Assembly (NCBI GenBank): GCA_965242695.1
Contig: CBDESU010000002.1
Span: 1,440,001-1,504,000, forward strand
Source of the DNA: Cenarchaeum sp.
GTDB lineage: Archaea > Thermoproteota > Nitrososphaeria > Nitrososphaerales > Nitrosopumilaceae
Direction: 5' to 3'
Length of the DNA: 64,000 nt
Both the position numbers and the translations under genes were made by a program. The notes under the pieces are model-generated. The model had not been told where the DNA came from, made no database searches, and was given only the letters and a program-made list of their open reading frames with translations. The stretch's first letter is position 1; each line of letters begins with the position of its first letter. Positions 51,732-62,631 of this stretch are shown piece after piece.

Positions 51732-53264
51732 TCATGCCCGGCTCTTCCTGTTCTGGATTATGACGCTTTCCTTGTTGAGCTCTACGTCGACGCTGGTGAA
51801 CTCTTCCTGCGAGATTCCCAACTCGTCGTCCCTCTCGATCTCCACGGCGCGGCATGCCCCCTCCCTTGTCCTCTTGAACAGGTATGCCGACACCTCGCCG
51901 GGCGCAAGGTAGTCGTCCTTCCTGTACCCGAGGCTCGCGACCCGGTCCTCCGCCGGCAGCCCGCCGGCGAGTGCGTACTTGGCGAGCTTTTCGAGCATGT
52001 AGGGGCTGTGGGTCGTGAGCACGACGCAGAGGCCTGCCCTCACGAGCCGCACCACGTACTTTGCAAGGATCACCTCGTTGGCCGGGTGCAGGTGCGTCTC
52101 GGGCTCCTCGATGACCAGCACGCTGCGCCTCTCCACGACGTACTTTAGGTACAGCGACAGGGGCGCAAGCTCCGAGATCGACGACGAGGCGCGCGGCAGG
52201 GGGATGCTGAGGCCGTTGGATCGGTACGACACGACGGGAGGCTTTCCGTTGCCGGAGCGCGATACCTGGACGCTCCCGGACAGCATCTCGCGCTCCATGC
52301 TGCGGGCCAGCCCGAAAAAGCCCCTTTTCTTGCCGCCGAGCCGTATGATCTCGGCGACAAGGTCCGCCACGGCTCCCTGCGGCCCGGCGCCCGGCTCGGG
52401 GCTGGACCACGCGCGCGGCAGGTTTGTAATCATGCCCGCGGCCAGGTCCCTGTAAGTCTGCATGATGGCCGAGCGGCCGGCCGGCAGGTAGAACGATGCG
52501 TCGTATGCGATGCTGCACTGCATCTCCCGCGCGATCGCGTCGGCCAGCGCAGACGACAGCATAAGGGCCGTCCCGTCGCGATCCTCGCGCGCCCCGCGTC
52601 CGGCATCCGGCTCTGCGTACCGGAGCGATGCCCGCGCCCCTGCGCTCCCCCGCGCGCCGGGCTTGCCGCTGCTGCGAGCACCCCCGTTGAAAATGTCCAC
52701 CCTGCAGGTCCCTTGGCCCCGCGCCAGTTCGATCTCGCTCTGGCTGCCTCCAAAGGCGACGGCCGCTGCAATGTCCCCCTGCGGGCCTATGTCGACCCTG
52801 AGGCGGGGACGGCCAGACGTGCGCCCTTCAGAGATTGTCACGGTCGATCGCGCCTGTCCGGCCCTGACAAGGCCGGCCGCCGGCGACTCGAAGTTTCGCT
52901 CCATGTTGCGCCTGAGCCCGTCGCAAAAGGCCCCCTCGATCAGGGACTTGGCGGCCTGCCGCGAGTCTGCCGCGCCCAAGAGTGCCTGCCGGCTCCCGCC
53001 GTCGTACCTCTTGCCGACTATCCTGCGGCATGCGGACATGGTCCCGTCGCTGGCCGCCGCATGCATCGGGAGCCCGGTGAGCGTGCCCACGATGGAATGC
53101 AGGAGCCTGGCCGCGTAGGACTTGCCCGAGTTGTTGGGCCCAATGAAGACTGTCAGCGGCCTGAGGCTTATCGAGGCGCTTGCGATCGGCCCAAAGTTTT
53201 TGATGTCCAAGTCCAGCGCCTCATCCTCCCGGGCGACGCGGGAGCTGCTTACAAGCTGTGCCAT
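51732..53264 (-). CDS. ABC/AAA_15-AAA_21-type ATPase
   Basis: IKNFGPI, Walker A GPNNSGKS, signature ASSSISEL, Walker B/D-loop IEEPETHLHP, H-loop TTHSPY. Confidence 0.92.
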   Translation of the reverse strand: MAQLVSSSRVAREDEALDLDIKNFGPIASASISLRPLTVFIGPNNSGKSYAARLLHSIVGTLTGLPMHAAASDGTMSACRRIVGKRYDGGSRQALLGAADSRQAAKSLIEGAFCDGLRRNMERNFESPAAGLVRAGQARSTVTISEGRTSGRPRLRVDIGPQGDIAAAVAFGGSQSEIELARGQGTCRVDIFNGGARSSGKPGARGSAGARASLRYAEPDAGRGAREDRDGTALMLSSALADAIAREMQCSIAYDASFYLPAGRSAIMQTYRDLAAGMITNLPRAWSSPEPGAGPQGAVADLVAEIIRLGGKKRGFFGLARSMEREMLSGSVQVSRSGNGKPPVVSYRSNGLSIPLPRASSSISELAPLSLYLKYVVERRSVLVIEEPETHLHPANEVILAKYVVRLVRAGLCVVLTTHSPYMLEKLAKYALAGGLPAEDRVASLGYRKDDYLAPGEVSAYLFKRTREGACRAVEIERDDELGISQEEFTSVDVELNKESVIIQNRKSRA

Positions 53265-53590
53265 GCCGCCCCAGCCTCCGCCCGATGTGCCAAGTGCCGC
53301 CCCCGCCCGCGCTGGCCAGCGCTGGTGCGCGACTCCGATCCGCCGTCCGATGTGGATCCTGCCCGCTTCATCTGACCGTCCTCGTACTCCCTGCAGTAAA
53401 AACCCTCCGTGGCCGGCCCGGCGGGGGCCTAGTCCTGCGGGCTGCGGCCCGAACGCGCGGCCCCCCGTCGCCGTACGCGGCCGCTCTGCCGTGTCGGCGC
53501 CGGCGCGCAGCGCAGGCGCGCCCGCTCATGCTGCGCGGCCCCGCCGCAAAGGGGGGGGGGGGCGGACTCGCGGTGAAGGGCACTAGCTCC

Positions 53591-54034
53591 ATGCCGCCAG
53601 AGTGCAGCTGCTGCCGCTCTAGGCCGTCGTACGAGCGGCGCAAAGCGGTTGAGGAGTGTGCGATGCGGCGTGTCGGGGCGGCGCGCAGGCTCGAGTCGGC
53701 CGTTATGAGGGAGATCGGCATGGGCGACAGCGCCGTGCAGGCGGCGTTCGGGCCGGCGTACGCGGGGGGCGGTTGCGGGGATCCGATGACGGCCAAGACG
53801 ACGCGGCGAGGCGCTCGAAAAAGCGCAATGCGGAGAAGTCCTAAAAGCCCAGGTCGCGTTAAGTGCCCCGGGCCGCTGGTGCGGGCCGCCGACATAGCCG
53901 CGTACATAATCCGCAAGCACTGCCTCGGTGACGACTTGTTCAACGACCTGTTCGTCGCCCTTGTGCAGTGCATGTGGCGGCAGGACGGCGTTCTTGAGGG
54001 GCACGGCATCAAGCACTATCCCGATCGTGGATAA
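53591..54034 (+). CDS. hypothetical protein, possibly decayed
   Basis: MPPECSCC...AAYIIRKHCLGDDLFNDLF; shares ~83 bp with 50919-51001. Confidence 0.3.
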   Translation: MPPECSCCRSRPSYERRKAVEECAMRRVGAARRLESAVMREIGMGDSAVQAAFGPAYAGGGCGDPMTAKTTRRGARKSAMRRSPKSPGRVKCPGPLVRAADIAAYIIRKHCLGDDLFNDLFVALVQCMWRQDGVLEGHGIKHYPDRG

Positions 54035-54342
54035 CGTGGGGACGACGACACTGGATCCTTGAGCCGCCGTCCCCACGACTCGCGACTGCCCCGGTGCCGC
54101 CGGGTACGGCGGTCATGTGCTATCGCTCTCGCGCCGCCCATTCGCAGGCCCCTTGTCTGTGCCGCACACGGGGGACACATAAACGGCATGGACTGAAGGG
54201 CCGCGGCGCCTGCGGCGGCACGAATGCACGGGATGCGGCTTGGCCCCCTCCAAGATTCGCAGGCTCCTGCGGCCGTCGGCGGCGAAGTCGGCGCTCCCGC
54301 GCGGGCGCCGCGCCTAGGCAAGCCCTGCAGCCTCTGAGCGCG

Positions 54343-54924
54343 CTACGGCCCGCCGCTCCCGCCGCCCGCTCCCGCGGCCGGCAGCACGGCCACCGCGCCC
54401 CGCATCCACGGGTGCAGGGTGCAGTGGTACGCGACGGATCCCTCCTCGCCAAAGGAGACGGTAAACTCCTCTCCGGGATCCATGTGGCCGCTGTCGAACG
54501 CCCCGTCGGGGCTGCCGTACGCGCCGCTCGTGACGGTGTGGAACGCGACGTCGTCGTTGCGCCACGTCACGGAGCCGCCGGCGGACACCTCGACCGCGGC
54601 CGGGATGTAGCATGCGTCGTCCTCCTCGCACCCAGGCCTGGACGACTTGCTGGGCATGACCACGTCGGGCCCTCCTCCGCCGCCCTCCTGTCCCGCACTG
54701 TCGGGCTCGGCCGCCGCATGATCGGCAGACTCTGCCGCATGCCATTCCTCCGGCACCTCTGCGGGGCGCCCGGCAGGCTCTTCCACCCATGCGGTGCCCG
54801 CCGACAGGGCGGCAAGCGCAACTGCCGCGAGCGCCGCGAGCGCCCCTGCCGAGGACCATGCAGCGGCCCTTCCGGCCTCGCAGCCGCCGCCCCTCAAGAT
54901 CCGCCGCCCCCCAGGTGGTCCCAC
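54343..54924 (-). CDS. cupredoxin / plastocyanin-like blue copper protein, secreted
   Basis: Hydrophobic leader; VTWRNDD..FHTVTSG and YHCTLHPWM give H-C-H-M type-1 copper ligands; start uncertain. Confidence 0.92.
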   Translation of the reverse strand: MGPPGGRRILRGGGCEAGRAAAWSSAGALAALAAVALAALSAGTAWVEEPAGRPAEVPEEWHAAESADHAAAEPDSAGQEGGGGGPDVVMPSKSSRPGCEEDDACYIPAAVEVSAGGSVTWRNDDVAFHTVTSGAYGSPDGAFDSGHMDPGEEFTVSFGEEGSVAYHCTLHPWMRGAVAVLPAAGAGGGSGGP

Positions 54925-55880
54925 CCGCCGGCGATCTCGAGCGATTCGCCGCCCGCCTCGAGCCTGGCCCCTCCCCTGCCGTCCCTTTCCCCGACGATGC
55001 CGATCTCGGAGACGGGCGTCGCGGTCCTCCCGGCGACCGCCGCGATGCGGCGCCTGTCGGAGGGCCTCGCCGTGAATGCGATCTCGTACTCTTCGCCCCC
55101 TCCGAGGGCCAGCCGCCTGGCATCAAGCCCGTTGGCGGCGGCGAACCGCCCGAGGCCCGGCGCGAGCGGAATGCGGCCCACGGCGAACGGCGCGCCGCTG
55201 CTGCGCGACATCTCGGACAGCGCCGCCGACAGCCCGTCGCTCGTGTCCATCGACGAGGTGAACATGCGCGCGGCTGCCGCGCCGAACCGCGCCCTGCAGT
55301 GGGGGCTGTACACGGCCGCCGCGGCCGCGCGGGCGAACCGGCCGCTCGCCCTTGCCCCTCCCATGACTATGCGAAGGCCTGCCGACGTGAGCCCGAACGC
55401 CCCGGTGGCGAACACGATATCGCCCGCGCGCGCGCCTCCCCTGCCGGGCCACCTCCTCCGGCCGCCCCTCCCGGGCCGGGCCGGCGGCGCGCCGGCCAGG
55501 CACACCGTAATGGACAGCTCGGCGCCCCTGCCGGTGTCTCCCCCTGCGAACGAAAACCCGAGCTCGCCGGCGGCGCCCGCCAGCCCGCCTGCCAGGGCGG
55601 ACGCGTCGGGTGCGGTCGTGCCGGCAGGCAGCGACACCGAGACGAGCCCCGAGGCGGGCGCAAACCCCTTTGCGGCCAGGTCGCTTGCGCACGAGACGAC
55701 GCTCTTGCGCGCTGCCCTGCGAAGCCCCATTCCGGGCGGCACATCGGTGCCGGCCGAGAGCGTGTCGACGCACCAGCATGCGGCGCCGGCCGGCAGCGCC
55801 TCGGCATCGTCGGGCGCGCCGCGCACGCCGAGCCTCCTGCGGAAGATCCTAACGATCTCCGCCTCGCTTGGCAGTCTCAT
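54894..55880 (-). CDS. thiL: thiamine-monophosphate kinase
   Basis: DDA, SDLAAKG, GGDT, DTSDGL, GGEEYE. Confidence 0.93.
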   Translation of the reverse strand: MRLPSEAEIVRIFRRRLGVRGAPDDAEALPAGAACWCVDTLSAGTDVPPGMGLRRAARKSVVSCASDLAAKGFAPASGLVSVSLPAGTTAPDASALAGGLAGAAGELGFSFAGGDTGRGAELSITVCLAGAPPARPGRGGRRRWPGRGGARAGDIVFATGAFGLTSAGLRIVMGGARASGRFARAAAAAVYSPHCRARFGAAAARMFTSSMDTSDGLSAALSEMSRSSGAPFAVGRIPLAPGLGRFAAANGLDARRLALGGGEEYEIAFTARPSDRRRIAAVAGRTATPVSEIGIVGERDGRGGARLEAGGESLEIAGGWDHLGGGGS

Positions 55881-57273
55881 ACGATGCGGCCACCGCCTCC
55901 GAGGCCTCCCCGAGCAGCATGCGCGCCTTTTCCGCGTCGCGCGCCTCGGCCGAGACGCGCACGGCGTCCTCGGTGTTCGATCCCCTTGCCATGACCCAGT
56001 GGCCGTCCCCGATCCACTTTACGCCGTCGATTCTGACGGACTCGGTAAAGCGCCCGCCGATGCGCGCATCCGCAAGCTCGAGTATCCTCGCATGCAGGGC
56101 AGAGTCTGCCGGCACCTTTGCGCGCGCCTGCGCGTGGCCGGCCATGATTCGGGATGCGGCCCTGCCGACGGCCGCCCCTCCGCCTGCCCCCGCCGACGCG
56201 GCGATCATGCCGGCCGCGAGTATCCCGTCGCGGCACCCGTTGAACGAGCGCAGTATGAAGCCGGCGCTGCTCCCCTCGCCGCCTGCCTCGGCCCCGCGGG
56301 CGTCCATCTCGGCGACGACGTTGGCCTCGCCGACCCTCGAGCGCCACACGCGCCCGCCGGCGCCGAGCACGAGCGACTCGGCCGCGCCCGTGGTGTCGAT
56401 GCTCAGGACAAACCGGCGGCAGCCGGCCTCCAGGGCCGCCGCGACGCCGAGGCACAGGGTCGCATCCGGCGAGAGGGCGCGCGGCCGGCCGCCGCCCTCG
56501 CCTGGGACGACGACGACGACGCGGTCGCCGTCGAGGTCGAACGCAAAGCCGGTGCGGTTCCCGGACGCGCAGGCCGCCTCGAGCGCGGGGAGGCTCCCGG
56601 CGGTCGGGTCGGGGCCGCGGTCGGACCCGTTCGGCTCTGCGTTGATCACCTGCGTGTCGCACCCGATCCGGTGCAGGATGCCGGGCGCTACGCCTGCCGC
56701 CGCGCCTCCGCCTGCGTCGACGACGGCCGCGCCGGCGCCTGCCGTCCCTCCGCACGCGGAGCGGCGGATCGCCTCGAGCGCGGCATCCGCATAGTCCGAC
56801 TCGGCCTCCCTCAGGGAGCCGAACGCGGGCGGGGGAGGGGCGGACGCTCCGGGACGCGGCCCGCCGGCCGCTTCCTCCCCTCCGACTCCCTTCCCGGCGC
56901 GGGCGTTTGCCCCCGCGGCGATCCCGGACATCTCGGCCGCGGTCGCGCCCCGCCCGCCGACGGCGAACTTGAGGCCGTTCCACCCGAGGGGGTTGTGCGA
57001 GGCGGTCACGACGACGCCCCTTCCGGCCCGGCGCGCCTCGTAGAACGCGACCGGCGTGGGGGCCACGCCGAGGCCGCGCACGTCGGCTCCCGACGCCAGC
57101 ATGGCCGATACGGCGGCGTCGTACAGGGCGGCCCCGCTAGGCCGCGTGTCGCGCGCGACGGCGCACGGCGCATCCCCCGTCGCGGCAGCAAACGAGGCGC
57201 AGTAGCGCATCACCGTGTCGGCGCCGAGCTCGGCGCCTGCCAGCCCCCTCACGCCCGACACCGAGACCTTCAA
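55849..57273 (-). CDS. phosphohexomutase (phosphomannomutase/phosphoglucosamine mutase family)
   Basis: SVSGVRG, TASHNP, DLDGDR, GGEGSS, RGSNTE. Confidence 0.93.
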   Translation of the reverse strand: MKVSVSGVRGLAGAELGADTVMRYCASFAAATGDAPCAVARDTRPSGAALYDAAVSAMLASGADVRGLGVAPTPVAFYEARRAGRGVVVTASHNPLGWNGLKFAVGGRGATAAEMSGIAAGANARAGKGVGGEEAAGGPRPGASAPPPPAFGSLREAESDYADAALEAIRRSACGGTAGAGAAVVDAGGGAAAGVAPGILHRIGCDTQVINAEPNGSDRGPDPTAGSLPALEAACASGNRTGFAFDLDGDRVVVVVPGEGGGRPRALSPDATLCLGVAAALEAGCRRFVLSIDTTGAAESLVLGAGGRVWRSRVGEANVVAEMDARGAEAGGEGSSAGFILRSFNGCRDGILAAGMIAASAGAGGGAAVGRAASRIMAGHAQARAKVPADSALHARILELADARIGGRFTESVRIDGVKWIGDGHWVMARGSNTEDAVRVSAEARDAEKARMLLGEASEAVAASYETAKRGGDR

Positions 57274-57324
57274 CGCGCACGAAACGCGGTATGTTTTTAT
57301 TAACCAACCGTGCAGGCGGCACGC

Positions 57325-57398
57325 GCCTCGGTAGCTCAGTCCGGCAGAGCGAGCGCTTCGTAAGCGCTAGGTCGTGGGTTCAGATCCCACTCGGGGCT
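57325..57398 (+). tRNA. tRNA-Thr (CGT)
   Basis: Acceptor GCCTCGG/TCGGGGC; anticodon arm AGCGC-TTCGTAA-GCGCT; T arm GTGGG-TTCAGAT-CCCAC; TTTTATTAA upstream. Confidence 0.95.
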
Positions 57399-58541
57399 TT
57401 ATCGTTCCGCCTATGCGGGCCGGCGCCCGGGTGGGGGATGCTAGGCGGCCCGCACACTTTCCGCCGTGATGCGCCGGGTCGGCGCGGCCCTCGGGCATAC
57501 ATGCGTTGCAGCGCGATGCGCCGCGGCCGGTCCGCGGAGGCCTGCGCCTCTCGTTCCCTTGCCGCGGTGGGTCAGTGGCCTGTAGGCGGTGCGGCCGACT
57601 CGACGTCGTCTTACAGCCCGTCGGGGGTGGTGTCGAAATTCTACAGTTTGAGGATGCCTGCCATGACGGCCACATGGACACACCTGCAGACCCTCTGTCG
57701 TTCTTCCGGCGCGGGGCGTGGGCTCGGTTGTGGGGCATAGATGAAAGCGGTGGGCTACACCGTGCGAGAATGCCAGATTTTGGCTCGCACCGGGGGCGAC
57801 ATGGTCAGTTTTTTATGGGTGTGGATTTGACGCCCATACCCATCCTGTCTCTTATGCATGTATCGCTGACTACGACGATGCGTAATCGCGTCTGACCGGG
57901 ACATTTGTAGTTCTGTGCTTGAAAAGCTGTAACGGCAGGTGTTATGTGGTGCAGTTTTCTCCCGGTCTATTGACATTGGTGCACACGACAACCTACAACT
58001 GCGGTTTGGTCTAATCCAATCCAATAAAGCGAAATGTGCATCTTCTAGGGTCGGCGTATGTCAATTCTGGTGCCAGGGCAATTGCCGTGCCCCGCCTATG
58101 GTTCTTGAGTAGACGTGTCAACCTTGTCGTTACTGTAACTTTGCCGCACTCCATTACTTGGTGACTGCCATGCAAGCTGTGGAACATCTAGGAATCTTCC
58201 GACATAGATTCACATATTGAAACACAAAAGCATTCGTAGTCATGCCACAAAGTCTTTGCAATGACAAACCGGAGGCACCTACGGCGGTACTCTGATTGAC
58301 CCTTAAAATAGGGCATCGGACGCTAGGTATACATGGTACACATTGCAAAAACTTTTTGGCGTGACTACGGATATATGTGAAGAACAGAGGCGAGGTCTAG
58401 TGACGTCAGTCTCTGTTCTAGCTTTGACTCACCTGTCACCGTCACGGCCAGATACAAAACAGGGTAGCGATGCAACAGAATCCATGAAAAAGATCGCACT
58501 ATCGCTGCATGCTGGCATGGTGTGAGCACTGTCACAGGTAG

Positions 58542-59069
58542 TCAAACAGATTGCCGCGTTTGTATACATGCGCCTTTTCGAATAACGAACATTTCCGCTC
58601 GTGCCAAAAGCGCAACGTGGAGAATCTGCTCATTCTCGAATCTGTGCACCTCGATTCGCCTGTTGCTTATGTCTGACCACGACAGTTCGGAGATGGACGA
58701 TTCGGCATCATCCACCTCGTCAAACACCACGCAGTCTCCAATCTTGTCCACCATGCTAGGATCTTCAGCTACGTACGCGAGTTCGCGGACTACACCATGA
58801 CGCATTCCTTTTGTGGTAAAAAACATAAAATTGACATCCGACTGTAACAGGTGTCTCTTGCTGGCCGTGAGCGGATCACTGCCCGTGGCCGGATCGTCCG
58901 ATACTAGGCGAGCGCGAACATATCCGTTGTCGCGAAGAAAGTCCCTCTGCCGTGCCAGGAAGCGCTTCTCTAGAGGTGGCTGGTACGACCCATACAGTGT
59001 AATGTTCATGCGGCTCCTTATGGACAGCGCGTCCCCGATGTCTCCTACCCTCCGCAACCATCCGCTCAC
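58542..59069 (-). CDS. NDT/TIR-like protein, copy 2
   Basis: ITLYGSYQPP...SDVNFMFFTTKG..HGVVRELA; paralog of 24905-25435. Confidence 0.6.
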   Translation of the reverse strand: MSGWLRRVGDIGDALSIRSRMNITLYGSYQPPLEKRFLARQRDFLRDNGYVRARLVSDDPATGSDPLTASKRHLLQSDVNFMFFTTKGMRHGVVRELAYVAEDPSMVDKIGDCVVFDEVDDAESSISELSWSDISNRRIEVHRFENEQILHVALLARAEMFVIRKGACIQTRQSV

Positions 59070-59132
59070 GGCTAGCGACGCGCGGGCAACTATTATAAGG
59101 TATGTATGTGCGCGGCGCTACTAGAGTACGAA

Positions 59133-59573
59133 ATGAGCAACACGGCATCGATGGAGTATGCAGATAGGATCCCCTTGGCGGTCAAGGCAGGCTTCAAAGG
59201 CCTGGCCGACGACGTCTCACTCGGCATAGCCGTAGCCCTCATGGAAGATGGCAACATGACGTTCTCGGAGATGAAGTCGAAGTTCGGACTTGACTCGAGT
59301 ACTCTCAGCCGACACCTAGCTGCGCTACAAAGAGGGGATCTTGTGCGCAACTACTATGAGAAGCGTAACGGGAGGCCCTATTCCTACTATGAGGCGACTA
59401 ACTTGCCCGGCGTGCTGCTGAACGCGGTGTATATCGCGTTGCGCGAAGAGGCGGAGGCGAAGAGATCATCGACTCCAAAGCGATCAGGATCCACTACGGC
59501 CACGGTGCGGAACACAACCGCGCCTGCCTCTGCGTCAGAGCTAACGCAGGCCACCGGTGCTGGTCATGAATAG
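59133..59573 (+). CDS. ArsR-like winged-helix regulator, copy 2
   Basis: MTFSEMKSKFGLDSSTLSRHLAALQRGDLVRNYY; paralog of 25500-26078; TATTATAA at ~59091. Confidence 0.85.
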   Translation: MSNTASMEYADRIPLAVKAGFKGLADDVSLGIAVALMEDGNMTFSEMKSKFGLDSSTLSRHLAALQRGDLVRNYYEKRNGRPYSYYEATNLPGVLLNAVYIALREEAEAKRSSTPKRSGSTTATVRNTTAPASASELTQATGAGHE

Positions 59574-60822
59574 TGGCCGAAGTGTACCCACGCGAGCCAA
59601 TCCAAATCCGACCAAAACCTCCTCTGTCAATCGCGGCGTACCAATATAAGATGTCTTAGGTAATGGGAAGTGGGGCGGACGGTATAGTTTACACGGAAAG
59701 TGGAAAGTCCAGCGTGAAAATTGCCGCGGTACATTGGCCGCTTTATCTACACGGCGACACGGATTCAGCATGACTCTGTCTATGCCCACATCGATCGGGT
59801 TGATGTTAGAATAACAGTGGCGGGGATTGTAGCCGTAGGTTGCCGATACCATATAGAGCTGTCGGATTGGGTGTTGGTTTTTTCAGGATCACTATTTTGC
59901 AGGGGCTCGGGCGCCGCAATCGCATTGCCAAAACTCCTATATTTCTCGGGATCTAGAAACAATGGCGCACCAAATGCGCCGAAATGTGCGGTTTGGCGCG
60001 TTTTTCCTCCCCAAAACGGCCCGCAGTGTGGCAACGGTGGCGGCTCAGCGGGGCAATTTGCAGGCGGCGATGCGAAGGGCCGCCGAGCATTATGCTGCTC
60101 CGCCAGCCGCGCCAGCAGGTCTGTGCGGCCGGCCGAATCAAGGCGGAGCATCCGGTCTGCGACAATACACATCCATTCGAACATGCCGTGCCGGGTCAGG
60201 ACGTTGCGCCAGCTGTGCTGCCACTTTTTCCTCTTGTGGCCGCGACCCTCGCCCGCGCGGTGGCCCTCCTCCCCTCCCGTTCCTGGGTAGTTATCCGCAA
60301 AAGAGCTGACCGCAGGCAAAAAATTGTTGACCACTGTGGGGTACAAGGACGGCCGTGACAGGCGGCAATGGCGGAAGAAAGGTGCGTCGTCCGAAGCATC
60401 ATGGGGTGCAAGTACGAAAGAATGCCCGCATTCAAGTGGCTCACCGTCGAACGCGGCATGCGCGTGTCGGGCCATAGCGGCCAAGATGGCAGGATGCGGT
60501 TTAGGGCGCAAACATAACCGGAAATCGAGGAGACGCCCAGAACATACTGTTCGAGGTCTTTACATGGATATGTCGCTTGGCTGCGTGGCTAGGGACGAGA
60601 GCGATACAAAAGGCATTATAGCAAGGTAGTGCCCGCGATGTAGGGGTGCAATGATGTAGCAGGCAACGCGGGTCGTTCAGCGCTAGCCCGTCATGCTCCG
60701 TATGCGGGCGCAGATGATGAGGCCCACCTTAGATCCGGGCGCCGCCTGCCAGACTGCCCGTATGCCATGCGGCGCCGGCTTGGCTGTGGACCATGGGCCC
60801 TGCCACGACTCTCGCACACTTT

Positions 60823-61053
60823 CTATCTCCCTGATGCGCCGTCGATGCCGGCATCGCCGCCGCTACCGCTGTCCTCTCTGACTGCCCTCTCCCTCCTGTA
60901 CTTGCGCAGGATCACGATGGCCAGCGTGCCGGCCGCGCAGCTCCAGAAGACGTGCCATTGTAGATCGTGGCCATGCATCCCGACGAACGAGTATATCGTC
61001 CCGCCTATGAGCGCAAGCCCAACAAGCTCCAGCGCCTTGGTGCCCGCGCCCAT
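60823..61053 (-). CDS. small membrane protein
   Basis: Two hydrophobic segments; divergent TATA-rich spacer at 61070-61085. Confidence 0.6.
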   Translation of the reverse strand: MGAGTKALELVGLALIGGTIYSFVGMHGHDLQWHVFWSCAAGTLAIVILRKYRRERAVREDSGSGGDAGIDGASGR

Positions 61054-61104
61054 GCCCGCGGGCCGCCCAAAAAGTATAATATCGTTTTGCGGCAGGCTCC
61101 GCGC

Positions 61105-61299
61105 GTGGACAAGTACCTGCTCGTCGTAATGATGCTCCTCATTGGGGGGATGGTCATTGGGATCACGCAGGTGCCGCCACGCCTAGAGCTGTTCTACGGT
61201 GGGCTTGCCGGTGCGCTCATCGTAATCGGATACTCGACCTACAAGAATCGCAAGGAACGCCAGGCCGAGCGCAGGGCCCGGCGCAGGTCGCGCAGGTGA
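61105..61299 (+). CDS. small membrane protein with basic tail
   Basis: VDKYLLVVMMLLIGG...YSTYKNRKERQAERRARRRSRR. Confidence 0.7.
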   Translation: MDKYLLVVMMLLIGGMVIGITQVPPRLELFYGGLAGALIVIGYSTYKNRKERQAERRARRRSRR

Positions 61300-61635
61300 C
61301 GGCGCGCAGCGCCTCTGCCGGCGCGCCGCCGGCCGCGCCTCCGCGCCGGCGCGTCGACTTCTAGGTACCACGGCGGCCCGCAACGGGACCGCCAGCTGCT
61401 AGGCGGTGGGGGCGCGTTGTGCCTGCGCACGGCCTCCGCGCCACCCGCATGGGCCGGTCCTGCCGCTGGTTCCAAAGCACCGCGTTCTGGATTCCGTCCC
61501 GTTGCCCTGCGGCCCTGCCGTGCCGGTGGGGGCGGGGAGGTGGCCCGACTGCCGCCCGGCGCTCCCTGCGGACGCTTGCAGGCGCCCCGCACGCGCGGCG
61601 CGCCGTCAGAAACAGCAGGGCGGCGATCCAGCCGC

Positions 61636-61917
61636 CTAGAGCTCCAGCCCGAACGACTCTGCGATGCTCGAAAAGTTGCGGTACGACTCTAGGTACTGCC
61701 TCCCGCGTGCGGTAATGACGTACGTGTGCTTGCCGTCGTACTCGATCTTGTTCATGAGGCCGGCGCCGATCAGGTTGTCGACAAAGTCTGACAGCCTAGA
61801 GTGGGAGAGGTTGGCCTTTGCGAGGAGTGACGTGGTCTTGATGCCGTCCCTGCCAGAGTCCTGCGCCGCCTCGAGTAGGTCTGCGACGATCTTTGGTCTC
61901 GTCCTGTTGGAGGCCAT
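61636..61917 (-). CDS. winged-helix DNA-binding protein (HTH_45-like)
   Basis: NRTRPKIVADLL...TSLLAKANLSHSRL...YVITARGRQYL; CTTATAA upstream. Confidence 0.88.
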   Translation of the reverse strand: MASNRTRPKIVADLLEAAQDSGRDGIKTTSLLAKANLSHSRLSDFVDNLIGAGLMNKIEYDGKHTYVITARGRQYLESYRNFSSIAESFGLEL

Positions 61918-62631
61918 GCCGGCGCCGTCCCTCAATACGTTATAAGGATAACCCGTAGCCGCCCCCTTTTGACGGCCGCGACAGGCGCATGCGGCGGGCG
62001 GAGGGGGAAGCGCGCCGTCAATGCCCCGAACGGGCGCCTGGCGCGCGGCCAGGGCGCCCCCTGGCCGACTGTGGCCGATCGGATGCCGTGCGGCAGCCTT
62101 GGGGGTCCTGCGGCAGAGCTGCCCTCCGGCGCCCCGACCGGCCAAAGTTTGCCCCGACGTGCGGCAGCCTTGGGGGTCCTGCGGCAGAGCTGCCCTGTCC
62201 TTGCCCCCCCTCCCCACATGACTGCAAACCGTGCCAAGGAACCTGCCCTGCCAGGCGCGGCCGCCGCCGCCTGCGTGCATGCCGCGAGGCCGGCAGGTCA
62301 GATCCCTCTGGGCCGCTTTGCGGCGGCTCGATCCCTGCCCGGCCGGATGGACATCTAGGACGCGCGGCCGCCGCCTTCGGCCCCCTGCTAGACGCCGCCC
62401 GTGCCGTCCCGGGACGCCGCCCTGCGGCCCTGTCCGTCCGGTGGCATGCGATCCCTGCGCAAGGCGGCCGATCATGCCCGCCCCAGCCGGGGCGGGCCCG
62501 CGCGCCGCCGTTCGCATCCGCGCTCATGTCGCCGACATTGGCTCGCCCTCGGCAGCCCGCCGGGGCGGGCCCGCGCGCCGCCGTTCGCACCCCTTGAATC
62601 ATTTAAAGCGCAAGCCGCTCCGGCCGGCCGC

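Noticed and set aside
54094-57303. 1069-aa plus-strand ORF
   Set aside because: Antisense shadow of the cupredoxin, thiL and phosphohexomutase genes; Arg/Ala/Pro-rich with no motifs.
57325-60700. Provirus or integrative element at tRNA-Thr
   Set aside because: No integrase, capsid gene or att duplication seen.
62088-62197. ~38-bp direct repeat (GTGCGGCAGCCTTGGGGGTCCTGCGGCAGAGCTGCCCT) twice, plus a shorter repeat near 62490-62590
   Set aside because: Only two copies each; most simply local slippage duplications, which are common in this window.
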